From Actinomycetes bacterium (GTDB taxonomy: Bacteria > Actinomycetota > Acidimicrobiia > Acidimicrobiales > Bog-793): a stretch of 64,000 nucleotides of DNA. Positions 20,001 through 30,955 of the stretch are shown here, in pieces. Positions within the stretch are counted from its first letter, which is position 1. Every line of letters begins with the position of its first letter. Below the pieces are notes generated by a model. The model searched no databases. It was not told where the DNA came from and saw nothing but the letters and a program-made list of their open reading frames with translations. The stretch is taken from NCBI GenBank assembly GCA_021798275.1, contig JAJZMK010000093.1, forward strand, positions 599 to 64,598, given 5' to 3'. A program made the translations under genes and the position numbers.

Positions 20001-21296
20001 ATGATAAGAGATGGCAGCGGACAGCGGATCAGAAAACACTTTGCTTTTAGTTCTTGGCAGATCCAAGCACTTCTTGCCGGGGCTGGAATTTTTATAGGTA
20101 GCTTTGATATGGGGGCAATTTCTGATGCCATGAGCCCGGTCAAACAGCTGTGGCATGTCAGTACGGCAATAGTTGCAACTTTGGGAACCGCCACTTTGGT
20201 GGGGATGATGTTTGGATCGCTGACTACCGGAATGCTCTCAGACCGCATAGGAAGACGGCTGTTGATAGTCGTAGATGTTGGAATGTTTATCGTAGGGGCG
20301 ATTTTGTCTGCGCTCGCCATTGATTTCACAATGCTCGCCATAGGTCGTCTGATCACAGGGTTCGCTATAGGAGCTGATTTTGCCGTTGTATTCCCGTATG
20401 TAGCTGAAATAGTGCCGCATGATAAGCGCGGGCGATCAATGGCGTGGATTATGTGGGCAGCTAACTTCGGCGTCCTTAGTTCCTATGGTCTCGGCGTTGC
20501 TTTCCTCTCTCTATCGCAGGAAGGTTGGCGCATCGTATTTGTTGTTGGAGGGGTCTTGGCAATCCCGATTTTGGTTATGCGGCCTTTTATAGGAGAATCA
20601 AACCATTGGCAGGAGCAGCGTTTGCCTAACCTCTCTTCCATAGCTCACTCTCTGTTTAGACGGGAGAACCGTAAGCAACTTATAGCCAATACGTTTGCCA
20701 CATTTTTCTATCAAGCAGGAGACCAAGGGTTGACCCTGGTTTTACCTTTGTTATTGAGTAGTGTACTAGGAGCCAGTGCCGCCACAGGTGCGGCTGGGGC
20801 AACCGCTGTCAAGGCTGTTACCATCCCTGCGGCGCTACTGACTGTGTTTTTGATAGAGCGTATAGGTAGAAAGCGTTTACAGATAATCGGCTTTTTGGGT
20901 CGCTCTATTGCTTTTAGTCTGTTGGGAATTTTGCTACTACTGTCAGCTCACATATCGGCTTTTTGGGTGGGAATATTGCTTGGGCTCGGGTATTTTTTCG
21001 GAGCAGGTGGACCCGACAAAACCACGGTTATTATACCGGCTGAGAGTTTTGAAGCCTCTACCGCTGGTAGTGGCCAAGGTGTGAGTCAGGCAGGAGGACG
21101 GCTTGGAGGAATTGTCGGAGTGACTTGTTACGGCGTACTGGATTCTGTGTTCGGACCGGGTGCCGGTATGCTCTTTTTTGGAATTGCAGCTTCGCTCGGG
21201 ACTTTTGTCAGTTTGATCTTTGTCTCTGAGACTGGTTGGCAAAATGGTGAAAAGAGTTATGACCGACATGTGGCTGAAAATGTTCAAACGAAATAA
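20001..21296 (+). CDS. MFS transporter (sugar-porter/aromatic acid-like)
   Basis: GMLSDRIGRR motif A, GRLITG, ERIGRK and about 12 hydrophobic segments; GGAGG ribosome-binding site. Confidence 0.9.
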   Translation: MIRDGSGQRIRKHFAFSSWQIQALLAGAGIFIGSFDMGAISDAMSPVKQLWHVSTAIVATLGTATLVGMMFGSLTTGMLSDRIGRRLLIVVDVGMFIVGAILSALAIDFTMLAIGRLITGFAIGADFAVVFPYVAEIVPHDKRGRSMAWIMWAANFGVLSSYGLGVAFLSLSQEGWRIVFVVGGVLAIPILVMRPFIGESNHWQEQRLPNLSSIAHSLFRRENRKQLIANTFATFFYQAGDQGLTLVLPLLLSSVLGASAATGAAGATAVKAVTIPAALLTVFLIERIGRKRLQIIGFLGRSIAFSLLGILLLLSAHISAFWVGILLGLGYFFGAGGPDKTTVIIPAESFEASTAGSGQGVSQAGGRLGGIVGVTCYGVLDSVFGPGAGMLFFGIAASLGTFVSLIFVSETGWQNGEKSYDRHVAENVQTK

Positions 21297-21474
21297 CTTG
21301 AATGCAGATCCTATAATAAATTTGTGACATTTCGAAGCCTGACTGTATTATTGATAGAGCGTTTGATCCAATGATCTAGCGACAGGGATTTAGGGTATCA
21401 CTGTCTTTTGTCTTGATATCGGTCTTTTCTGCTGTGACAGAAACTAAAAATTTTCTCAGATCTTACTATATGAG

Positions 21475-21528
21475 TTGCCAAGGACTGAAAAAAGACATAT
21501 ACTAGCACTCGACAGTATAGAGTGCCAA
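21475..21528 (+). promoter_or_regulatory. Sigma-A promoter overlapping a CIRCE (HrcA operator)
   Basis: TTGCCA-N17-TATACT; CTAGCACTC-N9-GAGTGCCAA at 21502-21528, upstream of groES-groEL. Confidence 0.9.
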
Positions 21529-21614
21529 AAGCCGTAGTGTCGTAGATCGACCAATGGAAAGCGGCAAATGGCAAAGGCCATAGAGAAAAAGAGAAAACAG
21601 GAGGCTAACATAAA

Positions 21615-23548
<1,934 letters not shown>

Positions 23549-23604
23549 GGTATCCTACAACACCACGCACTATTTAGGTCTCTCTAAAAGGACTGATATG
23601 ATAT

Positions 23605-23650
23605 AAAAGCTTAGGTGGTACCGGTATATATCGGCACCACCTAAGCTTTT
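23605..23650. terminator. Bidirectional intrinsic terminator between groEL and nadE
   Basis: AAAAGCTTAGGTGGT..ACCACCTAAGCTTTT hairpin with A and T tails, between convergent genes. Confidence 0.8.
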
Positions 23651-23783
23651 AACAATTTATTTATTTTTCCCATCAAACAGAGTATTTATTGATTATCTTT
23701 TGTCTATAAATATATTTTAGTTATTAGCTGGCTTAGCGGCAGCAAAATTCCAATACTCTGATACGTGGAAAATTATCTTAGTT

Positions 23784-25715
23784 TTAGCCGTCAATTTGGG
23801 ATTGATGATTCCAAACAGTAGCACTTGATATGTCGGGAGGCATTCTCCAGTCTCCCCGAGGACTCAAACTTACACTTCCCACTTTGGGGCCGTTTGGGAG
23901 ATTTTCCCTTTTGAATTGACTGTTTGTAAAACGTGTTATAAATACGTTGAACCAATTCTGGATTTCCGTTGTCGTATATTCTCCGACGAATGCTTTTTCG
24001 GCAAAGTAAGTTATTTTTTCCGGCCTATCTCCCCATCTGATTAGGTAGTACATAAAAAAATCATGTAACTCATAGGGACCTATTATGGTTTCTGTTTTTT
24101 GTGAGATCTGACTTTTCCCGGTAGTTGTGAGTTCTGGGGTGATTGGTGTGTCAAGTACGGATCGAAGAACAGAACTGGCACTTGAGTATTTCGGTTGTTC
24201 CGACAGATAAGTAACCAGATATCTCACCAATGTCTTTGGAATAGAGCAGTTGACGTTATAGTGACTTTGCTGATCAGCATTATAGGTGCACCAGCCGAGA
24301 GCAATTTCGCTCAAATCGCCAGTTCCTATAACGATCGCTTGGTTCATATTGGCATAATTGAAGAGTAAATTTGTTCGAACCCTGGCTTGGACATTTTCAT
24401 AAGTGACATCTTGTAAAGCCACATCATGGTTTAATGCCTCTAGTTCTGTCATCACTAATTTATCTATCTCGATCACTTTGTTTTTGGCTCCCAGCAGCAA
24501 AGCCAATTGGACGGCATTTTCCTGAGTATGGCTACTGCTGGCTGGACCCGGCATGGTTAGGGTATGAATCATGTCGGCGGGTGAGTACGATAAGACAGAA
24601 CAGGCTTCACATGCGATCAACAAAGCCAAGGTAGAATCAAGCCCTCCGCTCAGACCGAGTACGATCCGTCTGTATCCTATAGAGCGCATTCTGGTGGCTA
24701 AGCCTTGTACCTGAATATCGATCGCAGACTGCAGCCGTTCGTTTCGCTTTTCCTGAGTCTCTGTAGGCAAAAATGGATTTTTTGAGAGAGTATGCAATAA
24801 ATTGCTTTGCCTACGCTTTATTTTAGTACTAATGGGCAACAGATAGTCTTTAGTATTGTCGATATGATGTTTGCGGCGGTCAAAGGATAAGTGTTCTATA
24901 TCGATATCGGCAAGCAATAAATTTTTATTTTCAAAAGGCCGTTTTTCTGCCAATAGATAGCCATTGGCGGCTATCAACTGATGGCCTCCCATCACTATCT
25001 CCGCCGTTGATTCACTGGCATCGGAGCTGGCATAGAGATATCCTGCTATTAGTTTGGCTGACTGTAAGCGGACAAGTTCACGTCTGTAGTCAGCTTTGCC
25101 AATTTGTTCAGGGGATGCGGATGGGTTGATAATGATATGTGCCCCGAGTTCGGCTAAATTTCCACTCGGTGGTTGTGGTATCCAGAGATCTTCACATATC
25201 TCTATGGCGCATATAGCCCCTCCAAGGTCAAAGAGAAGTTCGGTTCCGAACGGAACGATATCGCCGTTCAGAGATATTGTGGTCATAGGTTGGTGGAAAG
25301 TTTGGTACCACCTATTTTCATAAAATTCATTGTAAGTAGGTAAGTTAGACTTCGGTACTATACCCTTGATTTTACCGTCACATAGAAATGCGGCACAGTC
25401 ATAAAGGTTGTTTCCCACCCGCAAAGGTAAGCCTACTACCATAGCCGTCGGTAGGCTATCTGTGGATTTAGCTAACTCGAAAAGGGCTTTCTCGGCTTGT
25501 TCAAGTAGAGATGTCTGCTGTACGAGGTCACCTATAGTGTATCCGGTTAGAGACATTTCAGGGAAAGCAACTATACTTACCTCCATGACAGACGCCTGTC
25601 TGTATAAGTCCAGTATTTGATTTAAATTGCTATTTATGTCAAACAAACTCACTTTTGGGCATGCCGTTGCAACTCTGACAAATGAGTCCTTGGGTGAGTA
25701 GTTGTATGTTCCCAT
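23784..25715 (-). CDS. nadE: Glutamine-dependent NAD(+) synthetase
   Basis: Nitrilase domain (FPEM, PKS, EICEDLW) plus synthetase motifs GLSGGLDS, ENVQAR and GTGDLSE. Confidence 0.93.
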   Translation of the reverse strand: MGTYNYSPKDSFVRVATACPKVSLFDINSNLNQILDLYRQASVMEVSIVAFPEMSLTGYTIGDLVQQTSLLEQAEKALFELAKSTDSLPTAMVVGLPLRVGNNLYDCAAFLCDGKIKGIVPKSNLPTYNEFYENRWYQTFHQPMTTISLNGDIVPFGTELLFDLGGAICAIEICEDLWIPQPPSGNLAELGAHIIINPSASPEQIGKADYRRELVRLQSAKLIAGYLYASSDASESTAEIVMGGHQLIAANGYLLAEKRPFENKNLLLADIDIEHLSFDRRKHHIDNTKDYLLPISTKIKRRQSNLLHTLSKNPFLPTETQEKRNERLQSAIDIQVQGLATRMRSIGYRRIVLGLSGGLDSTLALLIACEACSVLSYSPADMIHTLTMPGPASSSHTQENAVQLALLLGAKNKVIEIDKLVMTELEALNHDVALQDVTYENVQARVRTNLLFNYANMNQAIVIGTGDLSEIALGWCTYNADQQSHYNVNCSIPKTLVRYLVTYLSEQPKYSSASSVLRSVLDTPITPELTTTGKSQISQKTETIIGPYELHDFFMYYLIRWGDRPEKITYFAEKAFVGEYTTTEIQNWFNVFITRFTNSQFKRENLPNGPKVGSVSLSPRGDWRMPPDISSATVWNHQSQIDG

Positions 25716-25981
25716 AGCTTAAATCTTAGTGTAATAATTGTGCGCGAAGCTACGATATGACTTTGATAAGTCGACTATAAGAAACGTAGGTTGTAAAAGC
25801 ATTTATAACAAGGTGCTATGTCTGCTTGAATTCACCTTGATGGCTATCAGTAAGTAGTAAGAAATTCTAGTGACCGACTCAGGAGAGTGGTAGTGTATCT
25901 TAAATAGTGATCTGGAAGTTGCGATTATGTATATCTAGATCGGCAATTTTGCTTCTCTAAAAGACATGCTTTGGCCAAGCT

Positions 25982-26566
25982 TCAATCAGTCTTGCTAGAT
26001 AGGAGAATAAGTGGAAGGCCTGTGCATAATACGATAGCAAATCCCACCTCCCCGATAGCTTGTCCGATAAACAGTAAATCTACAACTTTCAAAATTGACA
26101 ATAGGCCTACAAACATTCCACATGTGGTCAGAAAAAAAGCGACAAATGCCTTAGGTCTATGAATTTTTCCGGTGATCCATATGGAGAACACAAACTCTGC
26201 TGCGTATAAAGCGATACCAAGGTAATCGTGAGCCCTGGAGTAGGCAAAACTGTACTCCCTGGGGAAAGTGCTAAGTAGTATGAGCAAATAAAGTTCGCCG
26301 AGAAAGAATAAAATATAGGTAAGGAATTTGGATTTTGGTAATATAATGAGAATGAAGTGTCCCGCTATCCATAAGGACAGTGCGCAAAGGCTAAAACCCA
26401 GGCTGTAAAGGGCTACAGTGGATGGGTGGTTGCCGAAGTTACTCACACCTCCGTTTGTTTCTGCTACGTTAGGTAGAATTAATGTACAGACGGCCATGGT
26501 GGCAAGTATTGAGATTTGACTTAGGTAAATAAATATCTTTACGTTCCAAATGTTAGGCCTAGGCAT
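25982..26566 (-). CDS. Hypothetical multi-pass membrane protein (DUF998-like, tentative)
   Basis: About six hydrophobic segments, GVSNFG near the N-terminus and a HDYLG motif. Confidence 0.65.
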   Translation of the reverse strand: MPRPNIWNVKIFIYLSQISILATMAVCTLILPNVAETNGGVSNFGNHPSTVALYSLGFSLCALSLWIAGHFILIILPKSKFLTYILFFLGELYLLILLSTFPREYSFAYSRAHDYLGIALYAAEFVFSIWITGKIHRPKAFVAFFLTTCGMFVGLLSILKVVDLLFIGQAIGEVGFAIVLCTGLPLILLSSKTD

Positions 26567-26860
26567 ATCTTTTCTTACCTTAGCAAAAGTTTCCGGTTTT
26601 ACTTATCAGATATTCCAGCCCAAGAGCTATGGAACACTCGTTGATGCGGATTTTATGGTTATGGCTCATATCAAAATAGCCATGGTATTCGTACTCGGTA
26701 TTTGGCAGGACCGCCAAGTACCGTTTAATTTCGACATTTCGTTTATGCTGTCCGAGATGCGAAGTTTCCTTGTCGTGCTTTGTCCTTCTGCTGCGAATCG
26801 GAGAATCTTCCGATTCACGCTATGGGTTGCTTTTTGGCATCGATTCGGATGCATCGTGAT

Positions 26861-26934
26861 TGGAGCGGGTGACGAGAATCGAACTCGCGTTCTCAGCTTG
26901 GGAAGCTGATGTTCTGCCTCTGAACTACACCCGC
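26861..26934 (-). tRNA. tRNA-Gly(CCC)
   Basis: Reverse complement reads GCGGGTG..TCAGC-TTCCCAA-GCTGA..AGTTCGATTCT..CACCCGC-TCCA. Confidence 0.95.
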
Positions 26935-27028
26935 ATTTTTGTTTTAAAGGGATAATAGACACTATAGATTATTTTTAAGCCGATAACACGAACATATCGG
27001 GCGGAAAAGATTTATTGTATAGAGATCT

Positions 27029-27592
27029 ATGATTTGTTCTGATAAATCCATTAGGGAGCTTGTGTCCGCCGGGGAAATTGTAATTGATCCCTTCGATGAC
27101 GCATGTGTACAGCCCTCTTCTGTCGACTTGCATATTGACAGATATTTCCGCTTGTTCAGGAATCACAGTTTAGAAGTTATAGATGTGAAAGAAGAACAAA
27201 GCGACCTTACCGAATTGGTTGAGATAGAGGAAGGACACGTTCTGGTTCTGCACCCGGGTGAGTTTGTACTGGGATCGACACTGGAAATGGTTACATTACC
27301 TGCCAACATAGTCGGCAGACTGGAAGGTAAATCCAGCTTGGGTAGACTAGGACTTTTGATTCACTCCACGGCAGGCTTTGTAGATCCGGGTTTTAATGGT
27401 CATATCACGTTGGAGTTATCGAATGTGGCTAACTTGCCGATCAAACTGTACCCGGGTATGAAAATAGGACAGATTAGCTTCCTCTACATGACTACTGCGG
27501 CTGATAAACCTTACGGTAGTTCTGGCCTTGGCTCCAAATATCAATCCCAAAGAGGTCCGACGCCGAGTCGCTATTTTGAAAATTTTAAATAA
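27029..27592 (+). CDS. dcd: dCTP deaminase
   Basis: [31 protein letters not shown] and KYQ motifs. Confidence 0.95.
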   Translation: MICSDKSIRELVSAGEIVIDPFDDACVQPSSVDLHIDRYFRLFRNHSLEVIDVKEEQSDLTELVEIEEGHVLVLHPGEFVLGSTLEMVTLPANIVGRLEGKSSLGRLGLLIHSTAGFVDPGFNGHITLELSNVANLPIKLYPGMKIGQISFLYMTTAADKPYGSSGLGSKYQSQRGPTPSRYFENFK

Positions 27593-27672
27593 GCGGTATT
27601 TTTATAGTTGCGGCTTTGTCGTTGTCAACTTGGTGTTTATAACATCACGAAATAAGAGATTCACCGATGGTG

Positions 27673-29637
27673 TCATAACGTTTCTAGGTTTGACTCTTGC
27701 TTTCCTGAGGTATCTTCCTGAGTGGCAAATTGCGTCATGTACAGCTCGGCATACAGGCCTCCCAATTTGATTAGTTCCTCGTGGGTGCCAGTTTCGATCA
27801 CTCTTCCCTGATTGACGACCACTATCTTATCGGCCTGTTTGATAGTGGAAAGCCTATGGGCGATTACTATCGAAGTCCTATTTTTTAGTGCTATTGCCAG
27901 AGCTTTTTGTACCGCCAATTCGGATTCTGAATCAAGATGTGCCGTGGCTTCATCCAAAACCACAACGTCGGGAGCTTTAAGTAACAATCTGGCTAGAGCT
28001 ATGCGTTGTTTTTCTCCACCTGAAAGCCTGTATCCTCTGTCGCCGACAACCGTATCAAGACCGTTCGGCAAACTTTTGACCAGTTGAATAATCTGGGCTG
28101 CCTCTAGGGCATCCAGCATTTCTTGTTCACTGGCATCGTCTTTTGCATAGGCAAGATTTTCTCTGATGGTTTCATGATACAGATGGGCATCTTGGGTAAC
28201 TACTCCCACTCTTTGTCTTACGGAGGATAAAGTAGCGTCTTTGAGATTTATGCCCGCTATTTTGACACTTCCCGTATCTGGATCATAAAGCCTGGGTATC
28301 AAGTGAGATATAGTGGTTTTCCCGGCTCCAGACGGCCCAACAAGAGCAATTAACTGTCCAGGCTCAGCGCTAAAGGATATGTCAAAAAGAACTTGGTTAT
28401 TTAGGGTTTGATCGAGGGTTGCTACAGATTCAAGTGAAGCTAGGGAAACCTCGTCAGCGCGCGGGTAGTGAAAACTTACTCCTTCAAATTCCACTTTAGC
28501 TGGACCGGGTAAAATGTCAATTGCCCCCGGCTTGTCTTTGACCATAGGCTCTAAGTCTAAGACTTCAAATACTCTGTCAAAGGAGACAAGGGCCGTCATG
28601 AGGTCGATTTGGACATTTGACAGTGACGTTAGGGGGGCATAGAGCCTGGTTAGGTAAGTGGCTAAAGCAACGACTGTACCTATCTGCAATGTCCTCTCCG
28701 CAGCCATGACTCCTCCCCAGCCATAGACGACAGCCGTGGCTATAGAGGCTATTGAAAGTAGGGCAACCAGAAATCCGGCGGTATACATAGCCTGCATAAC
28801 CCCGATATCGCGGACTCTGCCTGCCCTCTCATTGAATACCTTGGCTTCTTTCAGAGGATTTCCGAAAAGCATCATCAAGAGGGCTCCCGAAACGTTGAAA
28901 CGCTCTGTCATGGTATTGGTCATCACTGCGTTGAGATTGTAAGACTCCCTGGTGATTACCTGAATTTTCCTTCCTATCCACTTAGCCGGGATAACAAAGA
29001 GGGGGAGAAGTGCCAGCGCTATAAGTGTAATTTCCCAAGATAAAGTGAACATGGCCGCCAAAATAATGATGACCGTAACGAAGTTCCCTATCACGGATGA
29101 AAAGAGGTTGGTGAAAGCAGATTGGGCGTCTAAAATATCGTTATTCAACCTAGACACCAGAGCGCCGGTCTGAGTTCTGGTAAAAAATGCCAGAGGCATG
29201 CGCTGGACGTGTGAAAATACCTGGCTGCGCATATCATAGATGAGACCTTCACCGACTTTGGCAGAAACATAGCGCTGCCAGAGCGTCAATATGGCGCTGA
29301 CTACGGCCAGCACACCGGCAGCAAGTGCCCATCCTATGATAACTCTGGAGTCATGTTTTGCGATTCCGTCATCAATAATCGCCCGGTAGATAAGAGGGCT
29401 TGCAGCGCTTGCCACCGCACCTAGTATGATCAAAACTAGATATATGGAAAGAATTTTTTTGTAGGGGCGGCCAAATTTCAGAATTCTTTTGACTATGCCT
29501 TTTGGTACTTGACTTTTCGTGACGGAACCGTCCCTGCGAAATGAACGCATAGCCTGCCATGCTCCCAGCTGGCCCATTCCTCCGCCCACGGATCCCATGC
29601 CACCAAGGGCTCCCATATTACCTATTCCTCGTGCCAT
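27673..29637 (-). CDS. ABC exporter, fused permease/ATP-binding protein
   Basis: N-terminal transmembrane domain, GPSGAGKT, LSGGEKQR, LDEATAHLD and IAHRL. Confidence 0.93.
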   Translation of the reverse strand: MARGIGNMGALGGMGSVGGGMGQLGAWQAMRSFRRDGSVTKSQVPKGIVKRILKFGRPYKKILSIYLVLIILGAVASAASPLIYRAIIDDGIAKHDSRVIIGWALAAGVLAVVSAILTLWQRYVSAKVGEGLIYDMRSQVFSHVQRMPLAFFTRTQTGALVSRLNNDILDAQSAFTNLFSSVIGNFVTVIIILAAMFTLSWEITLIALALLPLFVIPAKWIGRKIQVITRESYNLNAVMTNTMTERFNVSGALLMMLFGNPLKEAKVFNERAGRVRDIGVMQAMYTAGFLVALLSIASIATAVVYGWGGVMAAERTLQIGTVVALATYLTRLYAPLTSLSNVQIDLMTALVSFDRVFEVLDLEPMVKDKPGAIDILPGPAKVEFEGVSFHYPRADEVSLASLESVATLDQTLNNQVLFDISFSAEPGQLIALVGPSGAGKTTISHLIPRLYDPDTGSVKIAGINLKDATLSSVRQRVGVVTQDAHLYHETIRENLAYAKDDASEQEMLDALEAAQIIQLVKSLPNGLDTVVGDRGYRLSGGEKQRIALARLLLKAPDVVVLDEATAHLDSESELAVQKALAIALKNRTSIVIAHRLSTIKQADKIVVVNQGRVIETGTHEELIKLGGLYAELYMTQFATQEDTSGKQESNLETL

Positions 29638-29854
29638 AAACCATTTCCTGTAATTTGGTGATGAATGTGAGATGTCAGTTCTAATTTAGTGTCTTTTACT
29701 GCTTAGCGAAGCTAATGATCTATGGATAATCATTAATATCTATTCTCGAAAGAAGATTGCTGACATAACAAGTATACAGTCAACAGACATTTGGATTGGA
29801 CGGCAATTTTCAGTTGGTATAGGCTATCTAGATAGATAAGAATTACGCTACGAT

Positions 29855-30757
29855 TTGCTGGTGGTCGAAAAACCTTATGAAAGGATCTATGAGCAATATG
29901 TGCCGCGTCAGCAGAATTCTTTTTCTGTAACCCCTGTTGTATGGGCAGAAAAAGCGGATTACCTTTATTCTAATCTGACAGGTGATTTGCTCATATCATC
30001 TGTAGATGCAATGCATCAAAAACTCTACACCGATCTTTCCGGGGATTTGAGGGGGAACGGGCAGCAGCTTTCACAGAGAGAAACAGATCTCTCTACCGGC
30101 CATAATTATGCCGTTACTGTACCCATCGCTATTACCGCCGAAGACGTTTTCATCTTTGTGACTAAAAGAACTTCAACTCTTGAAGTGGATCCCGGGCATA
30201 TATCTTTCCCCGGCGGAAGACTAGAGCCAGGGGAGAATTTCCGTGAGGCTGCTTTTAGAGAATCAAAAGAAGAGATCGGCCTCCATGCGGCAGACATCAA
30301 AAAAGACGTTTTCATAGGTTTTTTTGAGCGTCCACTATCTGAGCTTCAGAGGGGTTACCAAAATACAAACCCCGACAAGGACCAAAAGAGTTTTGATATC
30401 TCTAGCGATGTGTCGGGTAATGGACATGGGGCAAGTGAAAGAGAAAATATGGGCTTTACGGCTCCTTCCTCTGATGGGCGACAGAAAATAGCCGCTTTTG
30501 TGGTTTTTATAGATCCCAAAACTAACCTTGTGGCCAACAAAGATGAAGTGGAAGACATATTCAAACTTCCGCTTCGTTCATTATTGTTGCCCGGAGCGGC
30601 TTGGAACGAAATTTGGACAGATTCCGACGGATATGAGCGGGAAATTAATTTTTTTGATAATCAGGAAGTCATGGGGAAGAACCTTATTTGGGGTCTGACA
30701 GCGCGTATCATCGCAACTATTATGGCCGAAGTCTACAATCAGCAACTAAATAAGTAA
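29855..30757 (+). CDS. NUDIX hydrolase, CoA pyrophosphatase-like
   Basis: ISFPGG followed by the Nudix box EPGE..AAFRESKEEIGL, and IWGLTA. Start is uncertain. Confidence 0.8.
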   Translation: MLVVEKPYERIYEQYVPRQQNSFSVTPVVWAEKADYLYSNLTGDLLISSVDAMHQKLYTDLSGDLRGNGQQLSQRETDLSTGHNYAVTVPIAITAEDVFIFVTKRTSTLEVDPGHISFPGGRLEPGENFREAAFRESKEEIGLHAADIKKDVFIGFFERPLSELQRGYQNTNPDKDQKSFDISSDVSGNGHGASERENMGFTAPSSDGRQKIAAFVVFIDPKTNLVANKDEVEDIFKLPLRSLLLPGAAWNEIWTDSDGYEREINFFDNQEVMGKNLIWGLTARIIATIMAEVYNQQLNK

Positions 30758-30955
30758 CGAGTGGCAAACGTCATTTTGGCACTTTATTTTGATTTTTCTC
30801 CGGTCGTATGAGCCATAACGGCGAATATGGGAAAATGAGACTTGGATCCAGTACTTTTTTAGTTTTTATAATAGTGTTATGTGATAAATCACACCTATAA
30901 ATTTTTGAAAAGTGGCAATTTGTGCATTACTATTATGAGCGCTTGTTGGCAGTAA

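Noticed and set aside
26550..26962. ORFs 26550-26909 (+) and 26666-26962 (-)
   Set aside because: Both overlap tRNA-Gly(CCC) and show no protein motifs.
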